Origin: a virus
DNA: 64,000 nucleotides
Virus record (IMG/VR): IMGVR_UViG_3300014050_000006
Coordinates: 32,001 to 96,000 of that record
Strand: one strand, 5' to 3'
The notes under the pieces are model-generated. The model was given only the letters and a program-made list of their open reading frames with translations. It made no database searches and had not been told where the DNA came from. This document shows, one piece after another, positions 28,963 to 39,198 of the stretch. The position numbers were made by a program, and so were the translations under genes. How positions within the stretch are numbered: position 1 is the first letter of the stretch; every line of letters begins with the position of its first letter.

Positions 28963-31900
28963 TTATGCTGCCATCTTTGTCCTCATTGATTGAGGGGGAG
29001 TGACAGTTCCTTTTGCCATGTTTCTAGATTTTTCCTCTACAATTTTTAATAACCCTTCTCCAAATTTCTTTACTTCTGCTTCTATCATTTTTTGAAGTTC
29101 TGCTTTATCGTTAGCTGCTGCTTGAGCAATATTAATATTAGGAGCGACTGATATATTATTGGTTGTTTCTGTTGGTTTTTCTTTATTTGCTTGAGTTGTT
29201 GTTTCTTGAGTAGGAGTTTGTTCTTTTTGTTTTTTTCTGTTTTTAATTTCTTCAATTTGTCTTTTAAAATCAGTTTCTTGTTGAGCTTGTTGTTCTTTAC
29301 TTGGACCACCAAATAAAGTTGGAGCCATATTATACATAGCATTTCCCATTGTGCTTGCTACATTTTCCCCATTTCCAACTGGAATTTGACTAATTCCATA
29401 ACCTACAGCTGCTCCGCCAGCTGCTGCAGCAGTATAAGGATTAAATAATGCTCTTCCTATCGCTGGTGCTGCTGTACCGATTCCTCTTCCAGCACCAGCA
29501 ACTACATTTTTCCCTACATTAACTGTCCCTCCAACAACTTTTGTTCCTACATTAGCTGCTCCTGCTCCAAAAGCGCCCCCAATAGCACTACTAATTAATC
29601 CACCACCCACTCCTCCACCAGCTAATAATGTATTTAACCAATCTGGTTGGGTTCCTGGGACTTGAGTTCCAGTTGCTGCTGCAAGTGCTGTATTAAAAGT
29701 TGCAGTTTTTGCATTTTCTGCTCCAGCGCTTGCTTGTCCTAATGCAGTTGTTAAAGTTTTAACTGCTTCTGTATTAGCTTTTTGTGCAGCACTTTGCTCT
29801 TGAACAAACGTTCCCATTTTAGTATAATCTGGTAAATCTTTTCCAGTATAAGCTTTTTCAAATGCAGCATTTCCAAGATCTTCAAAATTTATGTTTTTTG
29901 TAATTTCTTTGAATTTTGCAACATCTCCACCAGCTGCAGATATAGCCTCTATTTGAGCATTGTATTGTTCTTCAGCTTTATTTTGATATGCCTTTTTTCC
30001 TGATTTTATTAATTCTGGATTTGTTTGTTTTAATGTATCAAGAGATACCCCACTTTGAGTCAACATATCTATCATATTAGCCGAAGCCATATCTTGAAAA
30101 ACTTGTGCTCCTGGACCAATTTGTTTCGCACGACTATATATAGCTGTTTGTTCTGCTAATACAGCTTTTAAGCTTTTTTCATTTCTATCTTGAACACTTG
30201 ATTTTGTTACAATATTTTCTGCTCCTGCATAATTTTTTACAATTCCTCCTCCAGTTCCTGCTCCTTGTCCTGCTATAGCTTTTGCTCTTTTTACTTCTAC
30301 TTCTAATGATTTAAATAAAGCTTGAGTAAGTTCATTTGCTGCTTTTGGACTTTGCGAAATTGCACCATTTAATGCATTTATAGCGTCTGTACTTATTCCA
30401 GCACTTTCATACATCATTTTTAATACAGAAATAACATCATTTGTACTACCAGAAACATTTGATAAGTTTTCAGCAAGAGCAGCTAAATCTTGTGGAGTTT
30501 CAGATAACGGGGCTAATAGATTTCCAGCAATTCCTTCAATATCTTGTTTAGTACCTAACACATCTTGAGTTCCTTGTCCTTGCATCATGCTTTTTCCAAT
30601 TCCACCTAAACCTGGGACAGCAGATAATATTTGCCCAACTTGACCTTTAAAACCCATTTGTTTTCTTGCATCTAATTGTTTTTGATAAATATCTCTTGTT
30701 AATTCTTTTTGTGCTTGTTGTACTGCTCCTCCTCTTTGCTCTTTACTTAGTGTTGCTTGAATTTCTTTTGGTGAAGATAAATTTTTCATGATTGCATCTT
30801 GTATTTCTTTTCCAAGTGGAGTCATGCCTTCTAATATTGCTTTTTTCAAATCTTTAATTTTAGTTGGATCTGGTTCACTTTTTTCTAATTCTGCTACATA
30901 ATCATTAATTGCTGGAGTTAAAGAACTAATTACTCCTTCTAATTTACTTGATTTATCTCTCATTTGATCTAAACTTTTATCTAATTTATCTATTTCTGTT
31001 GTATATGGTTTATTTGCTGATGCAGATAATCCAGCAATACCTTGTACTGCTAACATACTTCCTGCAATAGCTCCACCATATTTTTTACCACCTACACCAT
31101 ATCCAGAAGCTACGGTACTCATTATACCTAAAGTTTGAGATAATCCTTTTGTTACTTTATTTGTTTCTGTACCAAATTGATTTACTAGTCCTTCGGCTAC
31201 AGAAAGACCAATAGACAAAGCTATCATTTTGTCTGTTAAACTTTTAGTAGCTTGTTCAAGATTTTGCGTTTCTAAAACTGGTTGTTTTCCTGCATTCTCA
31301 ACTTTTTTTCTATATGCTGGATCTTGCCAATTTGGTGCAAAATTTGGTATATGTCCTCTTGATCTATTAATTCCTTGTTTTAATCCTGCGGGTTCATCTT
31401 TTGTATTATAGACTCCAAGACCAAAAGGATTATTTCTATTAATTAAAGATGAATCAGATCCAACTCTAATTTGACTTGGATCTACTCCAGCAGCTTGTTC
31501 TCTTTGCATGGCTTCTTGCAGAGCTGAAAAATTAGGTATATAACCCAAAGATTTATTTTTTCCTTTTCTAATTAAAAATTGAAATCTTTTCTTTTCTTCA
31601 TTAGTTAATTTATCTTTTCTTCTTAAAGCATTTAATTCTGTTTCTTCATTATATGCTTTTGATTCTTTAATATATTCTGATCCTAAGACTTGCTTAACTT
31701 TATTGTTTACATATCCTAAATCTAATATTTTTTGTGCAGTACTATCTCTTTGATCTTGTTTTGCATTAACTTTTGCTTCGTATGTAGCAGCTGGCATATT
31801 ATTAAACAATTTTCTAAGTTCTGTATTTGGATTTTCAAAGTCTATTGGTGCATTTTGCGCTCTTCCTTCTGACATACTGGACGTAGCAAGATTTACAGCG

Positions 31901-34101
31901 GATTCAAATACTGCTCCAGCAATACTACCAAATGATCCTGCATTTGATAATTGTTTAATATCTGTAATAGGTTTTGGAATTGGTCCACCTTGAAATAATT
32001 TTTTAGCAAAATTATTTGTAAATCTTACTATATTATCACCTAATTGTTTAATTAAATCTATATCTGAAGGTTTTCTTACATTTGCTGCATTATAACCAGA
32101 TATTGGGAATCCAATTCTTACTTTTTTATCCCCATATTTAGCATTACCATAACCAGTTCCAGCTCTTCCAGTTTTTATTGGAAAAATCATTCCAACTTTA
32201 TTTTGATATCCTCCATCAATTTGAGTATATTTTTTTCTTTCATCTGCAAAATTAGGAATAAATCCATTTGATGCATAAGGATTAAATCCAGCAGAACGTT
32301 CAAATTGTTTTTTATAATTTTTTCCAGCTTCACTATTTTCTGGTGGAATGATTGCTGGACCACTAGCTCCAGGAAATTGAACAACAGATTCTGCTGTATT
32401 ATAATACATTCCATTAGTTTTTTTAACTGCTCCTGGAGTGTATCCACCAGCATATGCTCCCATAATTTCTTGTGCTGCTGCAACTGAAAAATTAGGAATA
32501 TATCCACCAGCTTTTGTTTTTACTCTTGGAATTGGTAATGCTGCGGCTGCTGGTGCTACTTTAGCAGATATACTTGCACCAACTGCTCTTGCTGCATTTT
32601 GAGATTGTATTATTTTTAATATTTGATTTTCTACTTGAAGTAAAGAGCTTTCTTTTGAAATAATAGCTTGAATTAAACTTGGATTTTGAGCAAGAATAGT
32701 ATTAACTCTTTCTTGGGCTGCTGCAATTTTATCAGCAGAACTAGCAACTCCAATTAAACTTTTAAGAGCTTCGGCACTAAATTTAGTTAGTCCACCAAAA
32801 ATTTTAATAAAAGCTGCGCCTACTACTGCAAGTCCTGGACCACTTATATAACTACCAATTCCAGATAAAATTCCTGTAGCAATTTGAGTTCCAATGCCTT
32901 GACTTTCTTTTGGTTTGTTAAATTCTTCTAATAGAACATTAAGTCCACCTAACCCACCTTTAATTGTTGGAGCAATTGTTATTTCACCAACTTTAGCTGC
33001 AGCTTCTTTTAAATTGACAAAAGTTTTATTTGTTAAAGCTGAAAGAGTTTGATTTAATGCTTCATTTCTTTTAATTGCTTGATCAGTTGCACTTCTTGAA
33101 ACTCCTAAAGCGCTATTATAAACATTATATTCTTTTCCTAAATCTGCTAATGCTGCTCGCAAAATATTAATTTGGAATACGCCACCAACATCTTCCGCAA
33201 TTGAAGCTTGTTGAGCTTGAGTTAGTTTTCCAAATGTTTTTGCTAAATTATCTAATACTTGCATTGCTGGCAAAACATTTCCTTGTAAATCTCTAACAGC
33301 AACACCAACCGCTTCTAGTGCATCAAGAGTATCTGCTCTTTGAATTCTAGTAAAAATAGTTTTGAATGAATTACCAATTACTGCTCCACCTCTAGCAGTT
33401 GTTTGTTGAGCAGAAGTAACAAGCGCAATTAATTGATCCAAATCAACTCCAACGTCTTGAGCAGTACTACCAACTCGACTAATAGCTTCTGCCAAGTCAC
33501 CAGTACTAACAGCAAAACTTGCGTCAACATTTGCTAATTTATTAATAATTTGAGTGGAAGTTGTTCCAGCGCGAGCAAATGTATTTACTGCTGCAGTTAA
33601 AGTTTCTACGCTTCTTGCTGCGTCTAATCCAGAAAGACGACTTAATATTAATGCATCATTTGTTCTTTTTAATGTTTCAGCTACTCCTAAACCTTGACGA
33701 GCAAATTCTGTTGCAGCTTTTGCAACTTCATCAAAACTTTGACCAGTACTTTTTGCTATGCTAAATAAGCTACTACCAAATTTTCCAAGATCTTTTGTAG
33801 ATGCATTTAAAACTACATTAATATCTGCTAAACTTTTTTCAACTTCTATAGTTGATTTTACTATTTCAGAAAACGCTTTTTGAACAGTATATATTGCTCC
33901 TGCTGATGCACCGAAGGCTAAAACACGAGCATTAGATGCTTCTAATGATTTTTGAAATTCTGATACTTTACCAGTAATTCTGCCTAAAGGCTGTGATAAA
34001 CTATCTTTTAGATTTAAATTAATCGTTTTAGCGGATATTTTACCTAATTTAGCCTCTAACGGCCTTGTATCTCCATCCACCGAAATGATAATATCACTCA
34101 T
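28963..34101 (-). CDS. Tail tape measure protein (TP901-family core) with inserted domains
   Basis: 1712 aa, Ala/Gly-rich and helical; core motifs AATEFARQG, LAEAISRVGS, GAVIGNSFKTIFTRI; follows tail tube and chaperones. Confidence 0.92.
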   Translation of the reverse strand: MSDIIISVDGDTRPLEAKLGKISAKTINLNLKDSLSQPLGRITGKVSEFQKSLEASNARVLAFGASAGAIYTVQKAFSEIVKSTIEVEKSLADINVVLNASTKDLGKFGSSLFSIAKSTGQSFDEVAKAATEFARQGLGVAETLKRTNDALILSRLSGLDAARSVETLTAAVNTFARAGTTSTQIINKLANVDASFAVSTGDLAEAISRVGSTAQDVGVDLDQLIALVTSAQQTTARGGAVIGNSFKTIFTRIQRADTLDALEAVGVAVRDLQGNVLPAMQVLDNLAKTFGKLTQAQQASIAEDVGGVFQINILRAALADLGKEYNVYNSALGVSRSATDQAIKRNEALNQTLSALTNKTFVNLKEAAAKVGEITIAPTIKGGLGGLNVLLEEFNKPKESQGIGTQIATGILSGIGSYISGPGLAVVGAAFIKIFGGLTKFSAEALKSLIGVASSADKIAAAQERVNTILAQNPSLIQAIISKESSLLQVENQILKIIQSQNAARAVGASISAKVAPAAAALPIPRVKTKAGGYIPNFSVAAAQEIMGAYAGGYTPGAVKKTNGMYYNTAESVVQFPGASGPAIIPPENSEAGKNYKKQFERSAGFNPYASNGFIPNFADERKKYTQIDGGYQNKVGMIFPIKTGRAGTGYGNAKYGDKKVRIGFPISGYNAANVRKPSDIDLIKQLGDNIVRFTNNFAKKLFQGGPIPKPITDIKQLSNAGSFGSIAGAVFESAVNLATSSMSEGRAQNAPIDFENPNTELRKLFNNMPAATYEAKVNAKQDQRDSTAQKILDLGYVNNKVKQVLGSEYIKESKAYNEETELNALRRKDKLTNEEKKRFQFLIRKGKNKSLGYIPNFSALQEAMQREQAAGVDPSQIRVGSDSSLINRNNPFGLGVYNTKDEPAGLKQGINRSRGHIPNFAPNWQDPAYRKKVENAGKQPVLETQNLEQATKSLTDKMIALSIGLSVAEGLVNQFGTETNKVTKGLSQTLGIMSTVASGYGVGGKKYGGAIAGSMLAVQGIAGLSASANKPYTTEIDKLDKSLDQMRDKSSKLEGVISSLTPAINDYVAELEKSEPDPTKIKDLKKAILEGMTPLGKEIQDAIMKNLSSPKEIQATLSKEQRGGAVQQAQKELTRDIYQKQLDARKQMGFKGQVGQILSAVPGLGGIGKSMMQGQGTQDVLGTKQDIEGIAGNLLAPLSETPQDLAALAENLSNVSGSTNDVISVLKMMYESAGISTDAINALNGAISQSPKAANELTQALFKSLEVEVKRAKAIAGQGAGTGGGIVKNYAGAENIVTKSSVQDRNEKSLKAVLAEQTAIYSRAKQIGPGAQVFQDMASANMIDMLTQSGVSLDTLKQTNPELIKSGKKAYQNKAEEQYNAQIEAISAAGGDVAKFKEITKNINFEDLGNAAFEKAYTGKDLPDYTKMGTFVQEQSAAQKANTEAVKTLTTALGQASAGAENAKTATFNTALAAATGTQVPGTQPDWLNTLLAGGGVGGGLISSAIGGAFGAGAANVGTKVVGGTVNVGKNVVAGAGRGIGTAAPAIGRALFNPYTAAAAGGAAVGYGISQIPVGNGENVASTMGNAMYNMAPTLFGGPSKEQQAQQETDFKRQIEEIKNRKKQKEQTPTQETTTQANKEKPTETTNNISVAPNINIAQAAANDKAELQKMIEAEVKKFGEGLLKIVEEKSRNMAKGTVTPPQSMRTKMAA

Positions 34102-34127
34102 AGAATAACCTTTTTCCTATGATATTA

Positions 34128-34133
34128 TTACAC
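34128..34133 (-). promoter_or_regulatory. GTGTAA late-promoter-like motif
   Basis: Intergenic, upstream of the tape measure gene. Confidence 0.65.
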
Positions 34134-34141
34134 TTATATTT

Positions 34142-35134
34142 TTATATTTTAGATAATTTCGCTAATTCTTGTATGCCTAATTTTCCACCTTGAGCTTTTG
34201 CCATATCATTCATATCATTTTTGACATCTTGTTTAAGATATTCCATATCCTCTTTATTTGCGCCCATAACAAAACTCATGCCTTTACCAGAACTATTAGG
34301 GTTTTTAGATTTAAAATTAACAAGAGCATTATACCATTCTAATAATTTATCAGGATTATTTTTTGTTGCATGATCTAATTTTCTAGCTTCTTGCATAGAT
34401 AATATATTAGAGAAATACTTGCCATAAGTAAATATGCTATTTTGATAATAAGTTAAATTATATATTGGTTTTCCAAATAAATAATAGCAATTTTCATCTG
34501 ATACATTAATTATATTTTGAAATGAACTAGATAAAGCCAAAGCTTTAATATGATTAATATGGAATTTTTCTATTACTTTATTATGCAAAACTATATATTG
34601 ATAGTATGAATTGCTATCTACATCTTCATTATAAAAATCAAATAATTTTTCTTTTAAATCTTTATCTTTATAAAATGAATTTAATATATAAAAATACTCT
34701 AATTTATTTTGAGCATACATTTCGGCGTATATTCCAAGCAAATCTTTCTTTTCATCTTCTAAAATTTTAACTTCTTTTTTTAATTCATTTATTTCTTTTT
34801 TAGCTTTATCCATGTGGGATTTCAAGAACAAATCCGCATAGCTTTTTTCTAATTTATTTAATTTTTCTTTTTTATATTTTAATTCATCATTTTGAGTTTT
34901 TGTCCAATAATCTTGATCTATTAAAAACTTTTCTTTTTCTGCTAATGTAGGTAAGCCTTTTTTCTTGGCTATTTCATATTGCTCAAAAAAATACTCTTCA
35001 AACTCGCCAGAAGTAAATTCGCCAAAATGCTTTATGTATATATATGTTTTATTATCTTTATCTAAAAGCTTAGAATTACCATTGCAAATCTCAAAGAATA
35101 AAAGTTTTAATTTTTTCTCTGTTAAATCTATCAA
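34142..35134 (-). CDS. Putative tail assembly chaperone
   Basis: Charged helical protein directly before the tape measure; similar coiled-coil layout to 35131..35892. Confidence 0.5.
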   Translation of the reverse strand: MIDLTEKKLKLLFFEICNGNSKLLDKDNKTYIYIKHFGEFTSGEFEEYFFEQYEIAKKKGLPTLAEKEKFLIDQDYWTKTQNDELKYKKEKLNKLEKSYADLFLKSHMDKAKKEINELKKEVKILEDEKKDLLGIYAEMYAQNKLEYFYILNSFYKDKDLKEKLFDFYNEDVDSNSYYQYIVLHNKVIEKFHINHIKALALSSSFQNIINVSDENCYYLFGKPIYNLTYYQNSIFTYGKYFSNILSMQEARKLDHATKNNPDKLLEWYNALVNFKSKNPNSSGKGMSFVMGANKEDMEYLKQDVKNDMNDMAKAQGGKLGIQELAKLSKI

Positions 35135-35892
35135 GATTCATTTTCCTTATTAACAAAGTCTTCTACATTCTTGAATTCTTCTTCTGTTGTAGCTTTACCA
35201 GCATACCAGAAACTAACAAAATATGCAAATTTAGTTAAAACTCTTTTTAAGAATTTATCATTGCCTTCTTCAATTTCATCATATTTAACTATTTTTTGTT
35301 CATAAGAACCTTCACCAAAAAGAGGAGAATATACTTCGCCATCTTTTCTATAACATAATTGTAGAATCCACCACATTAACATTTTGTTTTTTGCTCTGTT
35401 TTCTGCTGTTTGTTCAAAAATATTATTCTTATTATTCTCTACTTCCATTAATTCTAATCTCAAAGATTTAAGCATAGCTTCAAGATTTTCTTTTTCTTTT
35501 TTCTCTTCTTCTGAAATTTCTAGAGATTCTTCTTTTTTATTTAAAATATCAAGTTTAGCTTGAGTTTCGGCTAATGCTTCGAGTATATTTTTGATTCTTT
35601 CTAATTCATTTTCTGTAAAAATTCCACCATCCTTTTCATACTTTTTAATCATTAATGTTTTAGTTAACATTCCAGCTTTAATAGCTTCTGCTAATTTTAC
35701 GCCATAAAAAAGTTCTGCATCATCAAAAAGAACTCTATTTGGCTTTTTAATAGCAAACTCTACAGGCTTTTCTTCTTTAACTGTTTTAATTGTTTTGATT
35801 ACTTCGCCTTGATCATTTTTTGATTCTTCGATTTGTTCTTTTTCTACAACCTCTACTTCGTTGAATTTATATAAAAATTTAAGTGGTATCAT
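35131..35892 (-). CDS. Putative tail assembly chaperone
   Basis: Acidic coiled-coil protein between tail tube and tape measure. Confidence 0.5.
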   Translation of the reverse strand: MIPLKFLYKFNEVEVVEKEQIEESKNDQGEVIKTIKTVKEEKPVEFAIKKPNRVLFDDAELFYGVKLAEAIKAGMLTKTLMIKKYEKDGGIFTENELERIKNILEALAETQAKLDILNKKEESLEISEEEKKEKENLEAMLKSLRLELMEVENNKNNIFEQTAENRAKNKMLMWWILQLCYRKDGEVYSPLFGEGSYEQKIVKYDEIEEGNDKFLKRVLTKFAYFVSFWYAGKATTEEEFKNVEDFVNKENES

Positions 35893-36149
35893 ATTTGTTC
35901 TCCTGTTTTTTCATCAAAAAAAGATTTAACTTTTTTAAAATTAAGTTTACCAGCTATTGTTCTGACGAAATCTTCTTTTCTTTTGATATCCCATGTTTTA
36001 TATATGGATATAAATTTATCACTAGTTAATGTTTCTAGTTTTGGACTATAGATTTTATATTCCTGAGAAAGGGCTCTTTGTATAGATTGTAAATTTAAAT
36101 TAGCCTCAATTATACTTTGAGCTGGAAAATTGAATGATACTTTTTTCAT
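35889..36149 (-). CDS. Hypothetical protein
   Basis: 86-aa ORF with ATGA-type overlaps on both sides. Confidence 0.65.
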   Translation of the reverse strand: MKKVSFNFPAQSIIEANLNLQSIQRALSQEYKIYSPKLETLTSDKFISIYKTWDIKRKEDFVRTIAGKLNFKKVKSFFDEKTGEQI

Positions 36150-36361
36150 AAAGAAATTTTAAATTGTTCAATATCTTGCTCGATTTCTCTAATTGTATCA
36201 TTGCCATAATCTAAAATCCTTTTGCGGATTTGATTATATTTTTCTTGTGAAATAGAAGGATTTTCTCTAGCGAGATCTTCTAGAATTATAAAATAATTTT
36301 TAAATAAAGAAGTAATTTTTCTTCTAACTTGAAATGATAGATAGTCTTTTTCCTTTGACAT
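36146..36361 (-). CDS. Hypothetical protein (start revised to ATG at 36361)
   Basis: The track's TTG start overlaps the promoter; the ATG at 36361 follows an AGG-N4-AGG leader. Confidence 0.65.
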   Translation of the reverse strand: MSKEKDYLSFQVRRKITSLFKNYFIILEDLARENPSISQEKYNQIRKRILDYGNDTIREIEQDIEQFKISL

Positions 36362-36382
36362 AACACCTTTAACCTTTAAATT

Positions 36383-36411
36383 ATTATACAACAAACCAGA
36401 CGGAAAGTCTA
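36383..36411 (-). promoter_or_regulatory. Sigma70-like promoter TAGACT-N17-TATAAT
   Basis: Near-consensus hexamers with 17-nt spacer in the intergenic gap. Confidence 0.65.
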
Positions 36412-36438
36412 GTTTATTGTAATAATAATTAGAAACCT

Positions 36439-37254
36439 TTAAGCAGGAATACTAATACTAGCAGCAGATTTGACAGGAGCTTCTAGCGTGATAGATGCTA
36501 CTTGAATGTCGTCTAAGCTTGTATTAGATGTGAAGTTTGCAATCTTTGCATCAGCAACAGTGTAAGTTAAACTTCCGCAAGCAATACTAACTGCATTTTT
36601 AGTATTATTTGCAAATTTTGGATTTGCGCTATCTCTCAAAATGATTTCTGCTTCTACTGTTACTTTAGGTGGTCCAGAAATAATATTTGCAATTGGAGTT
36701 AATGATCCTAGTTTGTTGACATATTCGCGTGGAATATCAAGAGTATATGTGAATGATCTACATTCATAAGCTGTTCCACCAAGAGTTACTGTAATTTCAT
36801 CTGGACGAATAACATTAATGTCATTAGCGCTACCTGCTGGATAAGTTGGATTACCAGCTGTATAAGTAGCGTCAAGAGCTTGAACGCTAACTGTTACAGT
36901 TGGTACGTTACCTACTGAACCTTCAACTGCATAAGAACTAATTAATCCACTTGGAATTGTAAGTGCGCCTGCGCCACTCAATATATATTGTTTACCAGCT
37001 ACATCAGCTAGTAAAGTGTCAAAATTATTTAAACCTAAAGTTGTATGATTATTAATTCCAGTAGCAAGAATATAAGAGAAATTTAATGTTGCAGTTGGTG
37101 GTTCTACTTGGATATTATCAATTGCATAAAGATTACCGAATTCGAAAATATCTTGACGACTAATGCTAAAATCAACGTCTGCGCTTTGGACTAGATTAAT
37201 TTCTGTTCCACCTGCGGTTAGTTTTTGTGCTGGATAGTATGTTACATTTCCCAT
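36439..37254 (-). CDS. Tail tube (major tail) protein
   Basis: 271 aa, beta-rich with an internal duplication; strong AGGAG RBS; high-expression codon usage; lies between neck and chaperone genes. Confidence 0.7.
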   Translation of the reverse strand: MGNVTYYPAQKLTAGGTEINLVQSADVDFSISRQDIFEFGNLYAIDNIQVEPPTATLNFSYILATGINNHTTLGLNNFDTLLADVAGKQYILSGAGALTIPSGLISSYAVEGSVGNVPTVTVSVQALDATYTAGNPTYPAGSANDINVIRPDEITVTLGGTAYECRSFTYTLDIPREYVNKLGSLTPIANIISGPPKVTVEAEIILRDSANPKFANNTKNAVSIACGSLTYTVADAKIANFTSNTSLDDIQVASITLEAPVKSAASISIPA

Positions 37255-37313
37255 ATATTTTTTCTCCTATAAATTCATCTAAAATTACATTAAATTATCT
37301 CACTTGAGAACTT

Positions 37314-38165
37314 TTAATTCAAATTTCCTCTAACTTTCCTTAGAGTAAAATCAATAAAAGCGGGGTATAGCACGTTTTTATAATTAACGCTATTAAATCC
37401 TACATTTGGGACTTTGCTTACCCTAACTTCTTCAATATAAAGCTTATCGGTGCTATTTATCTTATTACTTACTATATTATTATAGTTATAATAGCCACTT
37501 GTAAAATTGCCTAAATTGTCTAGCCCTAAATCACTAGATTCTACTGTATATATAAAATTATTGCTAGTATCTCTTAATATGGAGCAAACAGCATCTAAAT
37601 TATATAAATTATCAGCTAAAACAATAACTCTTATATTTAACATTGAGTTTTTAACTCCACCAAAAGCAAAAGGCTCATTCATGCCACCATTATTTTTAAT
37701 AAAAATTGAGGGTATAGTTTCAACATTATCAGCTAAACCAGTTAAACTTTGGGCTATTTTTGGCCTTATTTTATATTGAGTTTCAAATAATATCTCTTCT
37801 TCTGGCTTATTGGTCAAATATATATTAAAATCTTTAACAGCATATCTACCACTTAAATTGCCACCAGCAGAACCACTAAAATAAACTTGACCTCTATAAT
37901 GATTAATTCCTACTAAATTACTAGTATTAACAGGAGTAAATGTATTATTAACATAAACTCCAGACATAATATTAGCACCACTAATTGAACTATCAGCGAT
38001 TATTTGTCTAAATGGCAAAGCATAGGTATTATAAGAATAATAAGTACTTTCGATAGGATATACTTGACCACTATAATTAGTAAAAGCTTCTCCCTTAGAA
38101 CACAATTTATTGTCAATAAATAGCATCATGCTAGAAGTAACTAAATTATCAAATTGGATTTTCAC
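37314..38165 (-). CDS. Putative tail terminator/completion protein
   Basis: Directly before the tail tube; PSIFI...IRVIVLAD...LDAVCSILRD pattern. Confidence 0.55.
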   Translation of the reverse strand: MKIQFDNLVTSSMMLFIDNKLCSKGEAFTNYSGQVYPIESTYYSYNTYALPFRQIIADSSISGANIMSGVYVNNTFTPVNTSNLVGINHYRGQVYFSGSAGGNLSGRYAVKDFNIYLTNKPEEEILFETQYKIRPKIAQSLTGLADNVETIPSIFIKNNGGMNEPFAFGGVKNSMLNIRVIVLADNLYNLDAVCSILRDTSNNFIYTVESSDLGLDNLGNFTSGYYNYNNIVSNKINSTDKLYIEEVRVSKVPNVGFNSVNYKNVLYPAFIDFTLRKVRGNLN

Positions 38166-38752
38166 TTAATCTTCTTTACACTTTTTAAGAAATTACTAAC
38201 TATTTCTGACATATATTTAGTTGGTTTGAAAGCACCAGATCTAACATTTTCTTCTGATTGAACACCTGTTCCAGATCTACCTTTAGAAAATCTTTTATTA
38301 ATATAATTACTAAAACCAGATATACCTTTTTCTATATTAATTAACCAGCTATTTCCAGGTTCCCAAGGCATAGGAGTTAAACCATCTAATTCTTTTTGTG
38401 TTGGATATGATACTTTGTAATTTATAATTATTTTTGATTTGCCGATTTCTGTTTTTAATTTTTTAATTTGAAATGCATTTTTTAAGAAACTTGCTACTGG
38501 AGCGATTGGATTAGAGCCTCTTTCAAAACCTATAAAACTAAAAAGATTTCCTTGACCATTTAATGTGCCAGATTCATTACTTGCTTCTGGACCATTTTGA
38601 ATTTCTTTTGTAACTGGATGTTCTTCAAATTGTTCTATGAAATTATTTTTTGCTTCTTCTACGCCATTTTGAACTTTTTTATCAACTAGATTCTCTAACT
38701 TTTTTAAATTTTTGATCTTCTCTCGAACAGAAGTATAGTCTACGCTGCCCAT
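38162..38752 (-). CDS. Putative neck/tail completion protein
   Basis: Position in the neck cluster; basic 196-aa protein. Confidence 0.45.
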   Translation of the reverse strand: MGSVDYTSVREKIKNLKKLENLVDKKVQNGVEEAKNNFIEQFEEHPVTKEIQNGPEASNESGTLNGQGNLFSFIGFERGSNPIAPVASFLKNAFQIKKLKTEIGKSKIIINYKVSYPTQKELDGLTPMPWEPGNSWLINIEKGISGFSNYINKRFSKGRSGTGVQSEENVRSGAFKPTKYMSEIVSNFLKSVKKIK

Positions 38753-38753
38753 A

Positions 38754-39197
38754 TTATTTTGTTTCTTCTAAATAAAATAAATAATATTTTAATCCTTGAT
38801 AATTTTTAACTATATCTGTACTAACTACATTAAAACTTTTATCATCAAAAGTAATCTTTTCTGTTTTACCATTTAAAATATAATCTCTAGCGTCTTTTTG
38901 AACTTTAATAGAAACAAGCGGATTATTAGTTTTAATTTGAACTTGTTCAACAAGATCTGGTCTTCTTTCATTTTCGTATGCTATAATTGCATAAAAATCA
39001 GAGCTTCTTAATTCATATTCAAATTGTTGTTCTACAGAATTAGTTTCATATCCAAGAACTTGAGGATTTTCTACAGAGACTGATATTTTTTTGACTGGAG
39101 CTTTATGAACTGTTAATAATCTTTTGAATGTATCAAAATGAGTATTGACATCTTTATGAAATCCAGCGATATCTCCAGCAGATAAAAATGAAGCCAT
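38754..39197 (-). CDS. Putative head-closure (stopper) protein
   Basis: 147 aa, beta-rich C-terminus, canonical gene order. Confidence 0.5.
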   Translation of the reverse strand: MASFLSAGDIAGFHKDVNTHFDTFKRLLTVHKAPVKKISVSVENPQVLGYETNSVEQQFEYELRSSDFYAIIAYENERRPDLVEQVQIKTNNPLVSIKVQKDARDYILNGKTEKITFDDKSFNVVSTDIVKNYQGLKYYLFYLEETK

Positions 39198-39198
39198 A

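Noticed and set aside
34142-35892. Programmed frameshift between the tail chaperones
   Set aside because: The genes have an ordinary 4-nt start/stop overlap and I found no convincing slippery site.
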